IMG/VR virus record: IMGVR_UViG_2534682157_000019
DNA from: a virus
Lineage: Duplodnaviria > Heunggongvirae > Uroviricota > Caudoviricetes
Length of the DNA: 64,000 nucleotides
Reading direction: 5' to 3' (one strand)
Positions 10,201-20,194 of this stretch are shown piece after piece. Made by a program: the position numbers and the translations under genes. Position 1 is the first letter of the stretch; every line of letters begins with the position of its first letter. A model generated the notes under the pieces. The model did not search any database, was not told where the DNA came from, and worked only from the letters and a program-made list of their open reading frames with translations.

Positions 10201-12679
10201 CTCCTTTTGTTCCATATACAGAAGCCACCTTGTTAATTTCTATTCGTTTATCTGTTGCCTTCATGTGCACTGCCGACACCACCGGATCACCATTTTTATC
10301 CACGGCATCAAGCAGCATCACAACCGCATTTCTTTCTGTCGCGGAACGGTAAATTGCATCCGGATCGTGCATCAGCTCAGGAAGTCTCTCGATAACATCC
10401 ATCGGCACCACATGTTTCACGCCATTGGTTGCCTTCCGCACAGTGTCGCGGGAGATAACCAGCGGCAAATCTGGTGCGCCAAGGTGGCGCAATACCGGCG
10501 GCGTACGCCCGATGTTTGCAGTCATTGCACCAGAACGTAACGACTTCATCATTCTGGCAAGGTCATCACGATAACGCTCGCCCTCACCTTCCGGCACTTT
10601 GAACGGATCAGGTTTACCACTACGGGAGTACTGAGACGATGCGTCCGCGCCATCCTCACGCGGCGTGTAACCTTCCCGCACACGCTGGCCTAACGTACGG
10701 ATGGTCTCGCGAACAAGTCTGATATCGTTCAGTTCCGTCGGCTTCAGTAACCCCGTACGACGCAGTACCCCTTTGACCAGGGCAACAACACGCTCCCATG
10801 CCGCCACGAATTTATTCGGCTGTTTCTCCGCCATATGTGCCAGAAATTCACCCGCCTGCACTTCCGGTGATTCCTTACCATAAGACGCATCAACCTTACG
10901 CCAGGCTTCACGGATGGTGGCGTTATCACTGTCACGGGTTTTCAGCACGGTCTTAATAATCGTCTGATATTCCGCTGGCGTGACAACATGCTCCATGGCA
11001 TGGTGGATAATCTCGTGACGCAACTTCTCGCGTACGGTCCGCCCGTCAGGGATGTTATCCGCCACCAGGACAATTTCTCGTTTATCCGGACGATAGAATG
11101 CGTGCACCCTGCCGTAACCGTCGAACGATTCACCCGCCAGCGCTTCAGCCTCTTTCTGTGACTTCACCACACGGACCTTCAGGTCACTGTCCTTAATGCC
11201 GCTCATCACGCCACGGGCAACCGCTTCAACCTGCGGGACCGGGCTGCCTTTGGCTTCCGCACTACGGTTAACATCCGAAATGAGATTACCTTCAGGTGTG
11301 CGGGTAACGCCCTTACGGGAATAAAACGCAACGCCCTTGTCCGTCTCACGGGTTTTCAGGGTGCGGAACAGGTGATCGAATGCCTCACGAATACCGCCAT
11401 CCAGTTCCGCATTCGTCGGATAAGCGTAGGTGTTATCTGTGTTGTGCTCAGGTGCCTTACGGATATTGACCAGATAATCATTCTCCACGCCAGCCATACG
11501 CGCCTTATCCTGAACATAACGCTCAAAGGCACGTGCCGCCATTTCAACATCCGTTGACCAGTACGGTTTTGAGCGCACCTCATCAAGAAGCGCTGAACGA
11601 CACGGCATGTCACTGTTTTTAATGGCCTGAATCACACCTTTAAAAGCGTCGTAAACCTCCTGACGTACCGGATATTCAGCATCAACATACCTGCCGTCTT
11701 TAAATACGCGCCTGGCACGCTGTGCTTCCGTCATAAAGTCGCCACCTGACGTAATTTTCCCGTCAGTGGAAACGTCATAACGACCAAAATAATTATCCAG
11801 AGAATGGAACCATTCGTGCGCCAGCGCACCCGGTCCGTTACCTTTTGTCAGGTTGATTGCCGCCTCACCCGGCTCATAGTGTGCTGCCGCCTTACCCTTA
11901 CCACGGGCACCAAATGCCAGGCCAAGACGACCGTTCAGGGAAAGCGCTTTTGTCGGTACATTCAGTACTTCCGCAAGGTCATGCAGCGAGTCATAAGCCC
12001 GGTTCAAATCAGCCTGACGACGCGGACCTTCCACATAATTACCAAACTGCACACCACGGAAACCAAACGCATCACTGAACTGCTCCGGTGAAACATTCCC
12101 CTTGCGGCGTTCTGGTCCGGTACGGTCGCGGTTGGTGGCGTTGCGCTGCTCCTCACGCGAAATCTCCCGCATCTCCTTCACATGACGAACAAGCTCATCA
12201 CGATGTGAATCAATGTACTTACGCGCATCACTGGCTGACTTAAAGCCACCTCTCACCCGCATTTTGTTTTTACCGTAAGCGATAAAAATATCGCCACTGC
12301 GGGTATTCCGGTAAACGTCAAAGCGGATTTTGTCATCCGGTGACGGTGCTGTTTTTTCATCACCTTTCGCCTGTGATTTTTCCTCCTGCTCTGCAAACCA
12401 GACTTTCGCCTTTGCCAGTAATTCATCCCTGCTTTCCGAGAAAAAGAGGTTACTCCCCTTATTGTCCTTATTGCGCAGTGAATAAAGTTTCTGTGGCGGA
12501 TCGTAACGCTTCCCTCCTGCCGCCTGATACACACCCGATACCACCCGATAAGCAGAAGCTCTGTCCATCTGTGAGGGTGGCAGAGTGCGTAACAGTTGCC
12601 AGGTGTCCGCGTAACGGGAGGGCATTCTGCCTTCCATCCATTCTGCGAGGCGTTTCGCGCTGACCGTTCCGTTCAGCAT
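7283..12679 (-). CDS. Giant virion-associated polyvalent/ejection protein (1798 aa) with an HExxH zincin-like metallopeptidase motif
   Basis: Uninterrupted 5.4-kb ORF at the distal end of the virion module; HEWFH motif in ...GALAHEWFHSLDNYF...; matches the pattern of phage large polyvalent proteins. Confidence 0.7.
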   Translation of the reverse strand: MLNGTVSAKRLAEWMEGRMPSRYADTWQLLRTLPPSQMDRASAYRVVSGVYQAAGGKRYDPPQKLYSLRNKDNKGSNLFFSESRDELLAKAKVWFAEQEEKSQAKGDEKTAPSPDDKIRFDVYRNTRSGDIFIAYGKNKMRVRGGFKSASDARKYIDSHRDELVRHVKEMREISREEQRNATNRDRTGPERRKGNVSPEQFSDAFGFRGVQFGNYVEGPRRQADLNRAYDSLHDLAEVLNVPTKALSLNGRLGLAFGARGKGKAAAHYEPGEAAINLTKGNGPGALAHEWFHSLDNYFGRYDVSTDGKITSGGDFMTEAQRARRVFKDGRYVDAEYPVRQEVYDAFKGVIQAIKNSDMPCRSALLDEVRSKPYWSTDVEMAARAFERYVQDKARMAGVENDYLVNIRKAPEHNTDNTYAYPTNAELDGGIREAFDHLFRTLKTRETDKGVAFYSRKGVTRTPEGNLISDVNRSAEAKGSPVPQVEAVARGVMSGIKDSDLKVRVVKSQKEAEALAGESFDGYGRVHAFYRPDKREIVLVADNIPDGRTVREKLRHEIIHHAMEHVVTPAEYQTIIKTVLKTRDSDNATIREAWRKVDASYGKESPEVQAGEFLAHMAEKQPNKFVAAWERVVALVKGVLRRTGLLKPTELNDIRLVRETIRTLGQRVREGYTPREDGADASSQYSRSGKPDPFKVPEGEGERYRDDLARMMKSLRSGAMTANIGRTPPVLRHLGAPDLPLVISRDTVRKATNGVKHVVPMDVIERLPELMHDPDAIYRSATERNAVVMLLDAVDKNGDPVVSAVHMKATDKRIEINKVASVYGTKGGMNKANSLDKAGLTLYRKEKLSRDNPQYSGLQLPKEERSYRGSVDKILYPEDIRKGPYYSRTSSLTPEETIASRFVRQMQDKFQVLKAVQENIRKTGGKIDDSNNAYMAEELFHGKAENDLNVMKERYVQPLAKLLADYKIAQADLDEYLYARHAPERNAHIAKINPKMPDGGSGMTNAEAAEIMQRVRNSGKQAQYDRLAGIVDDMLARRRELIREAGLEESGVVDAWQNAYRYYVPLKGQDVDGVVSLPRTGKGFTIGGRESKQAMGRASRAQSPSTQAIQDLSESLIRSRKNEVGNAFLKLVQDNPDKDYWQVFTDDRPDTMRVIAERKDQETGETIREVVERPVAMAMMADRYFTTKKNGKTYYIKLHDPRLMRAMKNMGPETSNAVIRTLGKVNRFLATVNTSYNPEFLVSNFIRDVQTAVMNLKAEQGRSDGKLKGLDNLSALAVVKDSRSAMSAVYASLRGKNLTGKGAQWQKVWKEFVEDGGKTGWFNMGDLEGQQKEMDRLVSLAKGGWKGQSIGAWNSFLNLVEDANGAVENALRLSAYKHARDAGLSRQQAASLAKNMTVNFNRRGEQGALMNSLYMFANASIQGTANLVRTLGHLNGDGPLLERLRWKNLNVPQKIALAAVGAGYLLGSLNRSVAGEDDDGVNWYDKVPSHVKERNLVIMKSVFGGKAGEYWSIPLPYGYNVFFLLGHTAEGVAAGDLTASRAAGNVVGGILGAFSPIGSETSETLSGALLKNAAPTILRPFANLAMNENFMGAQIYQENIPFGTPKPDSQLGIRSTPEAYKAFASWLNAFSGGSQYRPGAVDITPESLIFWIDYISGGTGRFISKTTDAAVKSLNGIDIPEQQVPFLGKISGEVMPYADQQKMYDRMTEVAQYHAELKSLTGAERTAFIDENNGKLSMNGLMQDTRKRLKDLRKQRDAIYADSSLSLAQQAAMVKSVERDMKVAVDRFNREYNKKVGVE

Positions 12680-15666
12680 TTCCGATACACTGTGTCGTAC
12701 TTTTTTATGCTCTCCCCCCAGCCTGCCGTATTGTGTTTCGTCTTCGCCGGAATATCGCTACGATACAGCGCTATCATTGCCAGGGTATCAGCATCGGCAC
12801 CTTCGTTCGCCAGTTTTGCGTAGTCCGGTTTCGGGAACAGTTTGCTCAGCGGCTGCGTGGCATAATCCCTGTCTTCCAGCGTTTTACCCAGTGTTTCAGC
12901 AAGCTGTGCATAACGGTGTTTGGCTGCCCCTTTAATTTCCTCGCCAAAGTCTTCAATTTTTTTGCCCCTGACTTCACCTCCGCGCACGGTAGCTTCCCTG
13001 TCAGTAGAGACAGTTGTTTCAGATTCAGGTGCGATTGTCTCAGGCTGCGGGATGTCACGATTTCCTCCGGCCTGTCGGCGTACTTCTGCCTGCTGTGCAA
13101 GCTCAGGCAGTGAGTCCCGTACAGTGCGGGGAAGTGATTCAGGCTGAGGCATACGAACATTACGCGCAATGTCAGGAGCCGGTAGCCCTTCACGTACCGG
13201 TGCTGTCGCGTTCTGCGCATCCGGTGACGGCAGACCACGACGAACCATTTCACCCTCGAGTGTTTCCCCCTGGCGACCAGCGGCGTTTTCCGGTGCCGGA
13301 GCTTGTCCTTTCTGGAAACTCTGGCCCTTAACCTCACCGGTTGTGGTAAAACGACCACCACGTCCTGCCTGATTCTCATCCGGCGTACGCGCCACCTCTC
13401 CCGGTAACGGATATCCCTGTCCGGGATGAATATCGCCGGGAGCGGGCAGGCGTGGACGCTCAGTTAACTCCTGTGCTATCGGACCGGCATCACCTTCAGC
13501 CATCTGTGAACGTACAAGCTCCTCTGCCGTCGGCACGTTGCCACGGGCAAGGCGGGCCTGTACCTCCGTATCATCCCCCGTGAAACCACGGAATCGTGGG
13601 TCACGCATGAACGCGGGCTGCTCCATCGGGTCAGCATCAGCAATACGCTCTCCGTCAGCCAGGGTGTTAATGGTTTCCGTTGCCACATCTTCAGAGAACG
13701 CAGGATTATCCATTTCAACGGCATACTGATTCTCGCCTTTCTTCACTACGGACGGTTTCAGGCCGGTAGCGGCGGCATTACGGAAAACATCACTCCCCAT
13801 GGCGCTTTTCTCATCCGTGAAATAACGGTTGTCCGGGCGCACCTTTTCAATGCGTTCCGCTGGTCTGGACGCACCATTCCCGTTAATTTCAATGCGGACT
13901 TCATTCGGGTCCCGGAACCGCACCGTCGGGTAAATGCTCCCGTTACCATCCTCCGCATTTTCAGGCTGTGACTGTGCTTCCGGCGTCACTTCCTGTTGTG
14001 GGCGAATGACTTCTCGTATTGCCTGAAACTGTTGTTCTTCAGTCTCGGTGCGCCCCTCTTTCTGGCTGAGTCTGCGGTATTCCTCAAGCAGTTCAGAACG
14101 CGGCTTCGCCTTCAGCTCATTCATCACAGCCTGTCGCTTCGCCTGTTCGTCCAGTTCATTCAACAACTGGCTGGCAGCTTCCCGGCGATGAGCTGCGGAT
14201 GCGTCACCCTCTGTTGCCATATCCGCATCAGCATACTGCTCCAGAAGCTGCTCGCGATTCATGCCCTGCATGGATTCACGCTGCTGCGCCACCGGATCAA
14301 CAGATTCTGGTTGCGGGGCTGCGTCGTCCTGCTGCACGGTTTCAGCATCACGCATGGCGGTTTCTTCTGCGGCCTGACGTCTGCCACGATATCCGGCAAC
14401 CGCACCGGATGGAGCCCCCATCGCAGCACCAAAGGCTGCACCTTCGATCGTTGCGTCAGCCACGCCCTCCCACGGTGACACATCCATTCCGGCGGTCTCA
14501 CGCAATGCCGTGTTTTCCTGATAGCGTGAATAGCCGCCCTGCGCCGCATTAATCGCCCCCTGTTCCGTGGCATTTCTGACAATGCCGCTTTTAACGGTCT
14601 TCGCTGTGCCTCGTGTCACCAGATTAAACAGTTGTGCGTCACCCAGTTTTGCCGCCATGGCATTCACAGCCAGCAATTCAGGATCGGTTGCCAGCTGCGC
14701 GCGCACCTCATCGGCAACACGCTCTTTTGCCAGATCCATTTTCTGGCGATCAGTAAGCTGTGCGTGCTGCGGGTCGGCGTCAATGGACAAAAACGTCTGC
14801 TGAAATTTCGGTGACTGCGCCAGCTCAGAGTAATCCGCATTAAGAACAGCATCTGCTGCCGCCATTGCACTCTGCCCCTGTGCACTGGCTGTGGAATGGG
14901 TGATCAGGCCCGCCTGGAATAAATCCGGCATTTTTTTATCGACAGCTTCTGCTGCCAGTGCCGTGGCTCTTTCCGGCTGCATCCCTGCCGCGATGTATTT
15001 TTTCTCCAGCCCGGCGGTCAGCATTTTTCGCAGTGTGACATCACCCACCTTTTTAGCCACACCGCCAACAACCATATCAGGTACAAGCGCACCAATCAGG
15101 TTTACACCCTTCGTCACCCAGACCGCAGAATCATCATAGCCTTCGGTCATCGGCGTATTCAGCGCACGAACTGCACCCGGCGACATCTTACCGGTCAGCC
15201 ATTCATCAGTGGCTTCAGCACCATCACTGACAGCCTTACCGGTTGCCTTCAGACCTTTACCGACAGTATCAGTAACCGCGTTTTTGCCATCAGGCAGGGT
15301 ATCGATGACCTCATCAGCCCCCCTGCTGCCACCGGCAAAAATATCCTGCACAGTTGCGACACCCGGCAGCCCCATACGGCTGAACTCATTTAAAATACGC
15401 GCCCCTGTTTTTACCGGGCTCTGAATCATCGCATCACCGAGTCCACGGGCCATTTCCCCTGTTCCCCGGACGGACTGGGCGAAACCTTTACCCATTGTTG
15501 GCAATACATCGCCCAGGCTGAACGACGTACTGTTATCCTTCCAGCGATTCGGATCAGAGAAAAATGCTTCATAGCTGTCAGTTTCGCCGGGTTGCTGAAT
15601 GTTCAGGCTGTTACGATTCTGGTTACCGAGTTGCGCCTCAGGACGCTGTTCCTCTGAATAGGCCAT
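12673..15666 (-). CDS. Large internal virion/injection protein (about 997 aa)
   Basis: 3-kb ORF immediately upstream of, and overlapping, the 1798-aa gene; start trimmed to the ATG at 15666 preceded by GGAG. Confidence 0.65.
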   Translation of the reverse strand: MAYSEEQRPEAQLGNQNRNSLNIQQPGETDSYEAFFSDPNRWKDNSTSFSLGDVLPTMGKGFAQSVRGTGEMARGLGDAMIQSPVKTGARILNEFSRMGLPGVATVQDIFAGGSRGADEVIDTLPDGKNAVTDTVGKGLKATGKAVSDGAEATDEWLTGKMSPGAVRALNTPMTEGYDDSAVWVTKGVNLIGALVPDMVVGGVAKKVGDVTLRKMLTAGLEKKYIAAGMQPERATALAAEAVDKKMPDLFQAGLITHSTASAQGQSAMAAADAVLNADYSELAQSPKFQQTFLSIDADPQHAQLTDRQKMDLAKERVADEVRAQLATDPELLAVNAMAAKLGDAQLFNLVTRGTAKTVKSGIVRNATEQGAINAAQGGYSRYQENTALRETAGMDVSPWEGVADATIEGAAFGAAMGAPSGAVAGYRGRRQAAEETAMRDAETVQQDDAAPQPESVDPVAQQRESMQGMNREQLLEQYADADMATEGDASAAHRREAASQLLNELDEQAKRQAVMNELKAKPRSELLEEYRRLSQKEGRTETEEQQFQAIREVIRPQQEVTPEAQSQPENAEDGNGSIYPTVRFRDPNEVRIEINGNGASRPAERIEKVRPDNRYFTDEKSAMGSDVFRNAAATGLKPSVVKKGENQYAVEMDNPAFSEDVATETINTLADGERIADADPMEQPAFMRDPRFRGFTGDDTEVQARLARGNVPTAEELVRSQMAEGDAGPIAQELTERPRLPAPGDIHPGQGYPLPGEVARTPDENQAGRGGRFTTTGEVKGQSFQKGQAPAPENAAGRQGETLEGEMVRRGLPSPDAQNATAPVREGLPAPDIARNVRMPQPESLPRTVRDSLPELAQQAEVRRQAGGNRDIPQPETIAPESETTVSTDREATVRGGEVRGKKIEDFGEEIKGAAKHRYAQLAETLGKTLEDRDYATQPLSKLFPKPDYAKLANEGADADTLAMIALYRSDIPAKTKHNTAGWGESIKKYDTVYRKC

Positions 15667-15675
15667 ACAGACTCC

Positions 15676-15700
15676 ATAAAAAAACCCGGCACAATGGCCG
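15676..15700 (-). terminator. Rho-independent terminator (minus strand)
   Basis: Minus strand reads CCCGGCCATTGTGCCGGG followed by TTTTTTT, between the 421-aa and 997-aa genes. Confidence 0.5.
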
Positions 15701-15735
15701 GGCATCAGGAAATGGTATTAATGGAATATCGTGAA

Positions 15736-17001
15736 TTACTGGGCGTAATTCTGTTTCAGTCCACGGATAAACTGAGATGCAGATGAAGCACTTTCATCTC
15801 TGGCCTGTTCCCCCCTGGCCTTTTGAATACGGAGAAAATTCGCATACCCGTTCTCCAGCAATTTCTGATTCTGAGGTTCCAGCATTTCAGGCTGACGGGC
15901 CGCTACATTTCTGGCAAATGACAGCTTATCAGGATCATCTCCCGCCCAGTTGATAACCTGTTGCTGAAGTTTTTGTTGCTGAATTTTCTGTTGATGCGGT
16001 TGTGAACCAGTCGCAGCATAATATTCATCCACCGCAGCCTGAGCATTACCGCCATTCTTGATCGCGTCCGCCGCTACGTTGCTGGCCCCCTTCTGAAGCT
16101 CTTTCAGAGAAAGTCCCTGCTGCTTCGGCATAAAATAACCATAATTTTTCGATATCTCTGCAAATTTGCTGCGATCCCTGACCTGAGCGATAGCCTTATC
16201 AACGGGTATCGCCAGCACGGTTTGATCATCAGGGTGCGCACTGCCGTATTCTGTTACAGGTTTATGCGCGGTGGAGCCATCGCTGTATGTGAGATCAAGG
16301 CCAATAAGTACGTACCCTTCCTGCTGCGCCGGTACGATACTGCCAATCCTGGCCTCTTTTATCGTTTTTTCCCCGGTTGAATCAGGCATGCCAATACGCT
16401 GTTGTAGTTCCGGGGCAAACACGCCGGAAAGCACATCGAGATTTTCCGGGGTATTCAGCGAAGCAATCGCCCTGTCCGGCTTATCATCAAAGATTTTCTG
16501 CAGGTTGTTCACGGCCTGACCCGCTTTCGCAGCATAGCCTACCGTTGACATCATCTTAAGCGGATTGGCGTCCGATAATTTACCGAACAGATGAGAAGCC
16601 GCATCATGGTCACCCGCATCAATCGCTTTTCCCAGCGCCGCCATCACAGGCTGATCGCGCGCCAGCATATCGTTATACTCAAGCCGTCGCTGGTTGTATT
16701 TCTGCAACTGGAGTCGTTGCTGTTCCATCCCCAGCGACGCATTCCGGTAATTCTGGTTGGCGTTAAACTCCCTTTCCTGCAGTGTGTAATTGCGGTCATC
16801 AACTTTGGCTCTGTAATCAAAGTTCCGCTGATCAACGTCTTTATTATGTTCAAACTGAGACTGCGCAAATTCAAAATCGCGCTCGTTATTTTTCTGTTGC
16901 TGAGCAAGCTGTGCTTCTCGCAAACCAAGCTCCTTACGACGGGTCATTGCCTGGTCAACAGTGCTGAATCCGGCAAGTAACCCCTGTGCAAATCCGCTCA
17001 T
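15736..17001 (-). CDS. Hypothetical virion/ejection-associated protein (421 aa)
   Basis: Q/N-rich coiled-coil N-terminus; position in virion operon. Confidence 0.55.
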   Translation of the reverse strand: MSGFAQGLLAGFSTVDQAMTRRKELGLREAQLAQQQKNNERDFEFAQSQFEHNKDVDQRNFDYRAKVDDRNYTLQEREFNANQNYRNASLGMEQQRLQLQKYNQRRLEYNDMLARDQPVMAALGKAIDAGDHDAASHLFGKLSDANPLKMMSTVGYAAKAGQAVNNLQKIFDDKPDRAIASLNTPENLDVLSGVFAPELQQRIGMPDSTGEKTIKEARIGSIVPAQQEGYVLIGLDLTYSDGSTAHKPVTEYGSAHPDDQTVLAIPVDKAIAQVRDRSKFAEISKNYGYFMPKQQGLSLKELQKGASNVAADAIKNGGNAQAAVDEYYAATGSQPHQQKIQQQKLQQQVINWAGDDPDKLSFARNVAARQPEMLEPQNQKLLENGYANFLRIQKARGEQARDESASSASQFIRGLKQNYAQ

Positions 17002-17011
17002 TCACCACTCC

Positions 17012-17284
17012 TTAAAACAAAGCGCCTGCAATGCCGCCAATTACTGCACCAGCAACAGCGCCGACGGCTGTCCCCACTACCGGTACTGCTGAACCAACAG
17101 TCGCCCCGATAGTGGCCCCCGTACCAATGCCCGTACCGATATTCTGTTTTTTCTGAGCTTTCTGTTGAGCAGCCAGTTGTTTATTTGATGCCTCAATCTC
17201 TGTACGTCGTCTGTCTGCGTCACTTATTCCCTGTAATGCCTCACGCCGCGACTGATTTGCAATATCCAGTAAACCGTATCCCAT
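17012..17284 (-). CDS. Small glycine-zipper membrane protein (90 aa)
   Basis: C-terminal GxxxG-rich hydrophobic segment (GTGIGTGATIGATVGSAVPVVGTAVGAVAGAVIGGIAGALF). Confidence 0.5.
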   Translation of the reverse strand: MGYGLLDIANQSRREALQGISDADRRRTEIEASNKQLAAQQKAQKKQNIGTGIGTGATIGATVGSAVPVVGTAVGAVAGAVIGGIAGALF

Positions 17285-17293
17285 ATTGCCCCC

Positions 17294-17740
17294 TTACGCT
17301 GCCACCAGTTGTCCGCCAACACTCAGTTTCTGTCTTGCCGGTGCAGAAGCCCCCGTCAGAATATTCATCTGGCGATCCTGTTCGGCTTCACGGATACCAT
17401 TTTTCGCACCTGCTATTGCCAGGGCATTACGTAACCCCAGCGTATTACTGTCGGGATTATCCGGGCGGCTTACCCCGTATCTCGCCATCTGGTTATCCTG
17501 CGCCATCTGCGCTGTACGGAGACTGGAAGTGGCAAGGCCTCCCACCCGTGCAAGCTGTGGATTCATCAGACTGTTGTTCTCCCCAAGGTCAGCCAGCCTT
17601 GCTACACGGGGTAAATATCTGGTGCGCCAGTCGTCGTATTGCTGGCGGGTCAGCGCTGCGGATGTCTGCCAGTCCCCCTGAGGGCGGGCTGCTCCGGTAT
17701 AACCGTATCTCGCAAGTGTTTCGTATTTACCGTACTCCAT
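17294..17740 (-). CDS. Hypothetical virion protein (148 aa)
   Basis: Start set at ATG 17740 with GGAG SD; overlaps upstream stop. Confidence 0.5.
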   Translation of the reverse strand: MEYGKYETLARYGYTGAARPQGDWQTSAALTRQQYDDWRTRYLPRVARLADLGENNSLMNPQLARVGGLATSSLRTAQMAQDNQMARYGVSRPDNPDSNTLGLRNALAIAGAKNGIREAEQDRQMNILTGASAPARQKLSVGGQLVAA

Positions 17741-17742
17741 AA

Positions 17743-18399
17743 TCACAGTCTCCAGTTCTGAGCCTGATGCTGAATGGCATTAGCGCCAGTGCCAGGTGTT
17801 TTAGCACCGCCACTTCCTCCGCTACCGCCAGCCTTATGCATCGCATATGCACCTGCCGCACCCAGACCAGCGCCAACAAGAGAGGCTCGCCCCTGCTGTT
17901 TCGTAAACGCCGCCTGTGCATCCGATTTAGCTTTTGCCAGACTGCTGTCTGCCAGAGAGTTAAAACTCTGTAACGCATCCGCCTTCTGACCAGAACCGAG
18001 AGCAGCAACATCCTGTAGCCCGGCAACATACTTATCTGCCTGCGATACCTGCCCCCGTGTGGTTGTGTCAATCTGCCCGGTTACCTGATCACTCTGGTTC
18101 GCATTCATTACCGCGTTAAAGCGACCACTGGACGGGTCAACACCGGACCGAGTGAGATTACTTGCCAGCTCCTTCCGCGCTTCGCCAAACTGTTTTTGAT
18201 ACCCCAGATTTGTCGTGCCAGCAATATTGTCGTACTGCTGCTCACTGTTCAGGTCATCGACCTTTTCCATGAAGTTATCTTCAGCCGGGCGGAGGATATT
18301 TTTGTAATCCTGCCACCCTTTCCAGGCCACTTCTTCCTGTGCTATTTGCGCTGCTGTTGGTTTTACTTTGGTATCACCACCACCTTTACTTCCACCCAT
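17743..18399 (-). CDS. Hypothetical virion protein (218 aa)
   Basis: ORF in operon context; low-complexity G/S-rich C-terminus. Confidence 0.5.
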   Translation of the reverse strand: MGGSKGGGDTKVKPTAAQIAQEEVAWKGWQDYKNILRPAEDNFMEKVDDLNSEQQYDNIAGTTNLGYQKQFGEARKELASNLTRSGVDPSSGRFNAVMNANQSDQVTGQIDTTTRGQVSQADKYVAGLQDVAALGSGQKADALQSFNSLADSSLAKAKSDAQAAFTKQQGRASLVGAGLGAAGAYAMHKAGGSGGSGGAKTPGTGANAIQHQAQNWRL

Positions 18400-18424
18400 A
18401 ATGGCCCCCTGGATAATAAAAAAA

Positions 18425-18455
18425 CCCTGCCGGAGCAGGGTCAGAATGTGAATTG
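18425..18455 (-). terminator. Rho-independent terminator (minus strand) closing the moron block
   Basis: Minus strand reads ACCCTGCTCCGGCAGGGT followed by TTTTTTT, just downstream of the 125-aa ORF. Confidence 0.5.
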
Positions 18456-18493
18456 CAATGTTGGTTTAAACACGATGATGAAAACTGTGGCAG

Positions 18494-18871
18494 TCAGACC
18501 GCTATCCTGAACACCATGAAGCCATCCTCATCATCCGGCATTCGCTCAAAGCCCAGACGTTTTCCCAGCCGGATAAATCCCCGCCTTGCCGTATGAAATT
18601 CAGCCCAACGTCCGCCAGCCAGACGGGTTAATGTCTTCACCTCCGGCAGATAACGCTCAACACTGTTACTCCCCGTACACACGCCCAGCAACACCAGAAC
18701 ATAAGGGATACCATCAGCACTGAGCACAGAACGCAGCACCAGAAAGCCATCAGGTGCCTCAAAACAAAACGCCTGCTTTTTAAAGCAGGCGTCTTTAACT
18801 TCATTCATAAATTCAGGGTTGCGGGAATTTCTCACCACACGCTGCATATACCGGAGAATTTTTTCACTCAC
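18494..18871 (-). CDS. Hypothetical protein (125 aa), moron
   Basis: ORF followed by its own terminator; no family recognised. Confidence 0.45.
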   Translation of the reverse strand: MSEKILRYMQRVVRNSRNPEFMNEVKDACFKKQAFCFEAPDGFLVLRSVLSADGIPYVLVLLGVCTGSNSVERYLPEVKTLTRLAGGRWAEFHTARRGFIRLGKRLGFERMPDDEDGFMVFRIAV

Positions 18872-18982
18872 ACTCTCACCACAAAAAAGAACAATGTGAC
18901 TGTGCTGTGTCTTCAGCGACAGAAGGATGACGGAGAACGCTTCCGATAACCAACACGGCTGGCGTTCTCCGCAAAAAATAAA

Positions 18983-20194
18983 TTACCAGCCGACAGACAT
19001 ACCCGCAGCAACACCTGAACCGTTCTGGGTATCCCATGAAGCATTCAAACGTACAGCAGAATTTTCAGTGGTGCGGAAGTGCATACCTGCTGCGATAGCC
19101 TGCTCATCACGGTAGTTACTTGCAGCCATACCAAAGGAGTACGTTTTACCCTCAACAACAGGAATGGCAGTCATCGCCATTGCTCCTGCAATACCTGCAT
19201 CTGCACGTTTACGGTTTTTCTCCACCTCATCACGTAACTGACGGAATTGCTGATTAGTACTACGCTCCAGGGTACTGACCCGGTTATCTGTGTAGGTATT
19301 AGCAGACTTCAGTGTCTGTGCATCACCCTGAATACGGGCATTCTCTTCTGCAATACGATAGCGCTCTAACTGACCATAGGTTGCGGCATCCGCAGCCTGA
19401 ACACCATCACGAAGCCCACCAATTACACGATTCCCCACATTTACTTCATCGGGGCGAGTGGTCTGAGAGTTAGCCCCTACAGCAACACTGTTCGTATGGT
19501 TTGCAATGGCGTTGTAACCGACAGCAGTGGCGTTTTCTCCGCCTGCTGTTGCCCCGCCACCAACCTGAGTTTTACCTGTGCCCAGAGAAGACAGACGGGC
19601 GTGAATATCTGTTACATCTGCAGCAGAAAGACCAGTGTCAATAGTGGAGTCTAGCGGGTTTACAGACTTCATTTTAATTTCATAAATATATTCACTGATT
19701 TCAGGAACATGTCTTGAATACGTTTTTCCATCAGCGCCCACTGTCGTGACCACGCCTTCGCCATCTGCACTAAAGAGAATTTGATTGGTTTTTGTGTTTA
19801 CAAAATAAGCTGTCTCATTCGCATAGTCATAATATGAGACAATTTCATTACTTCTCGGTGCCCGTAATTCTGTATTTGTTAACCCGGACTCGCCGTAATC
19901 AAACAGAGAATATTTTAAATATTTCCCTGCCGTATTTTGTATATTTACACTATCTGGTTGTTTTGTGCCTGCATTTACCACTTTTCCATCCAGATATGCT
20001 TTTCCTGAGAAGCCGAGGTCTTTCCAAAAATCAATTAAATTTTTATATTCATGTCCTTTCAACTGATCAACAGTCACTCCATAATATGAAGTGCCATTAA
20101 TTCCAGAGGCGTCTGCTGCATATACGCCAGCAGAAAATACCGACAGGCTTAATGCTGGTATTAAAGCCAACAATAGCTTGCTTGCCTTTTTCAT
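18983..20194 (-). CDS. Trimeric autotransporter adhesin (YadA-like); possibly Eib-type
   Basis: 403 aa with signal peptide (MKKASKLLLALIPALSLSVFSAGVYA), a coiled-coil stalk and a YadA-type C-terminal anchor (...AGIAGAMAMTAIP...GMAASNYRDEQAIAAGMHF...AAGMSVGW). Confidence 0.7.
   Translation of the reverse strand: MKKASKLLLALIPALSLSVFSAGVYAADASGINGTSYYGVTVDQLKGHEYKNLIDFWKDLGFSGKAYLDGKVVNAGTKQPDSVNIQNTAGKYLKYSLFDYGESGLTNTELRAPRSNEIVSYYDYANETAYFVNTKTNQILFSADGEGVVTTVGADGKTYSRHVPEISEYIYEIKMKSVNPLDSTIDTGLSAADVTDIHARLSSLGTGKTQVGGGATAGGENATAVGYNAIANHTNSVAVGANSQTTRPDEVNVGNRVIGGLRDGVQAADAATYGQLERYRIAEENARIQGDAQTLKSANTYTDNRVSTLERSTNQQFRQLRDEVEKNRKRADAGIAGAMAMTAIPVVEGKTYSFGMAASNYRDEQAIAAGMHFRTTENSAVRLNASWDTQNGSGVAAGMSVGW

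Noticed and set aside
8494-13379. Many 60-180-aa ORFs on both strands inside the 1798-aa and 997-aa genes
   Set aside because: Fully embedded in long, uninterrupted coding regions; typical overlapping-frame artefacts of GC-rich DNA.
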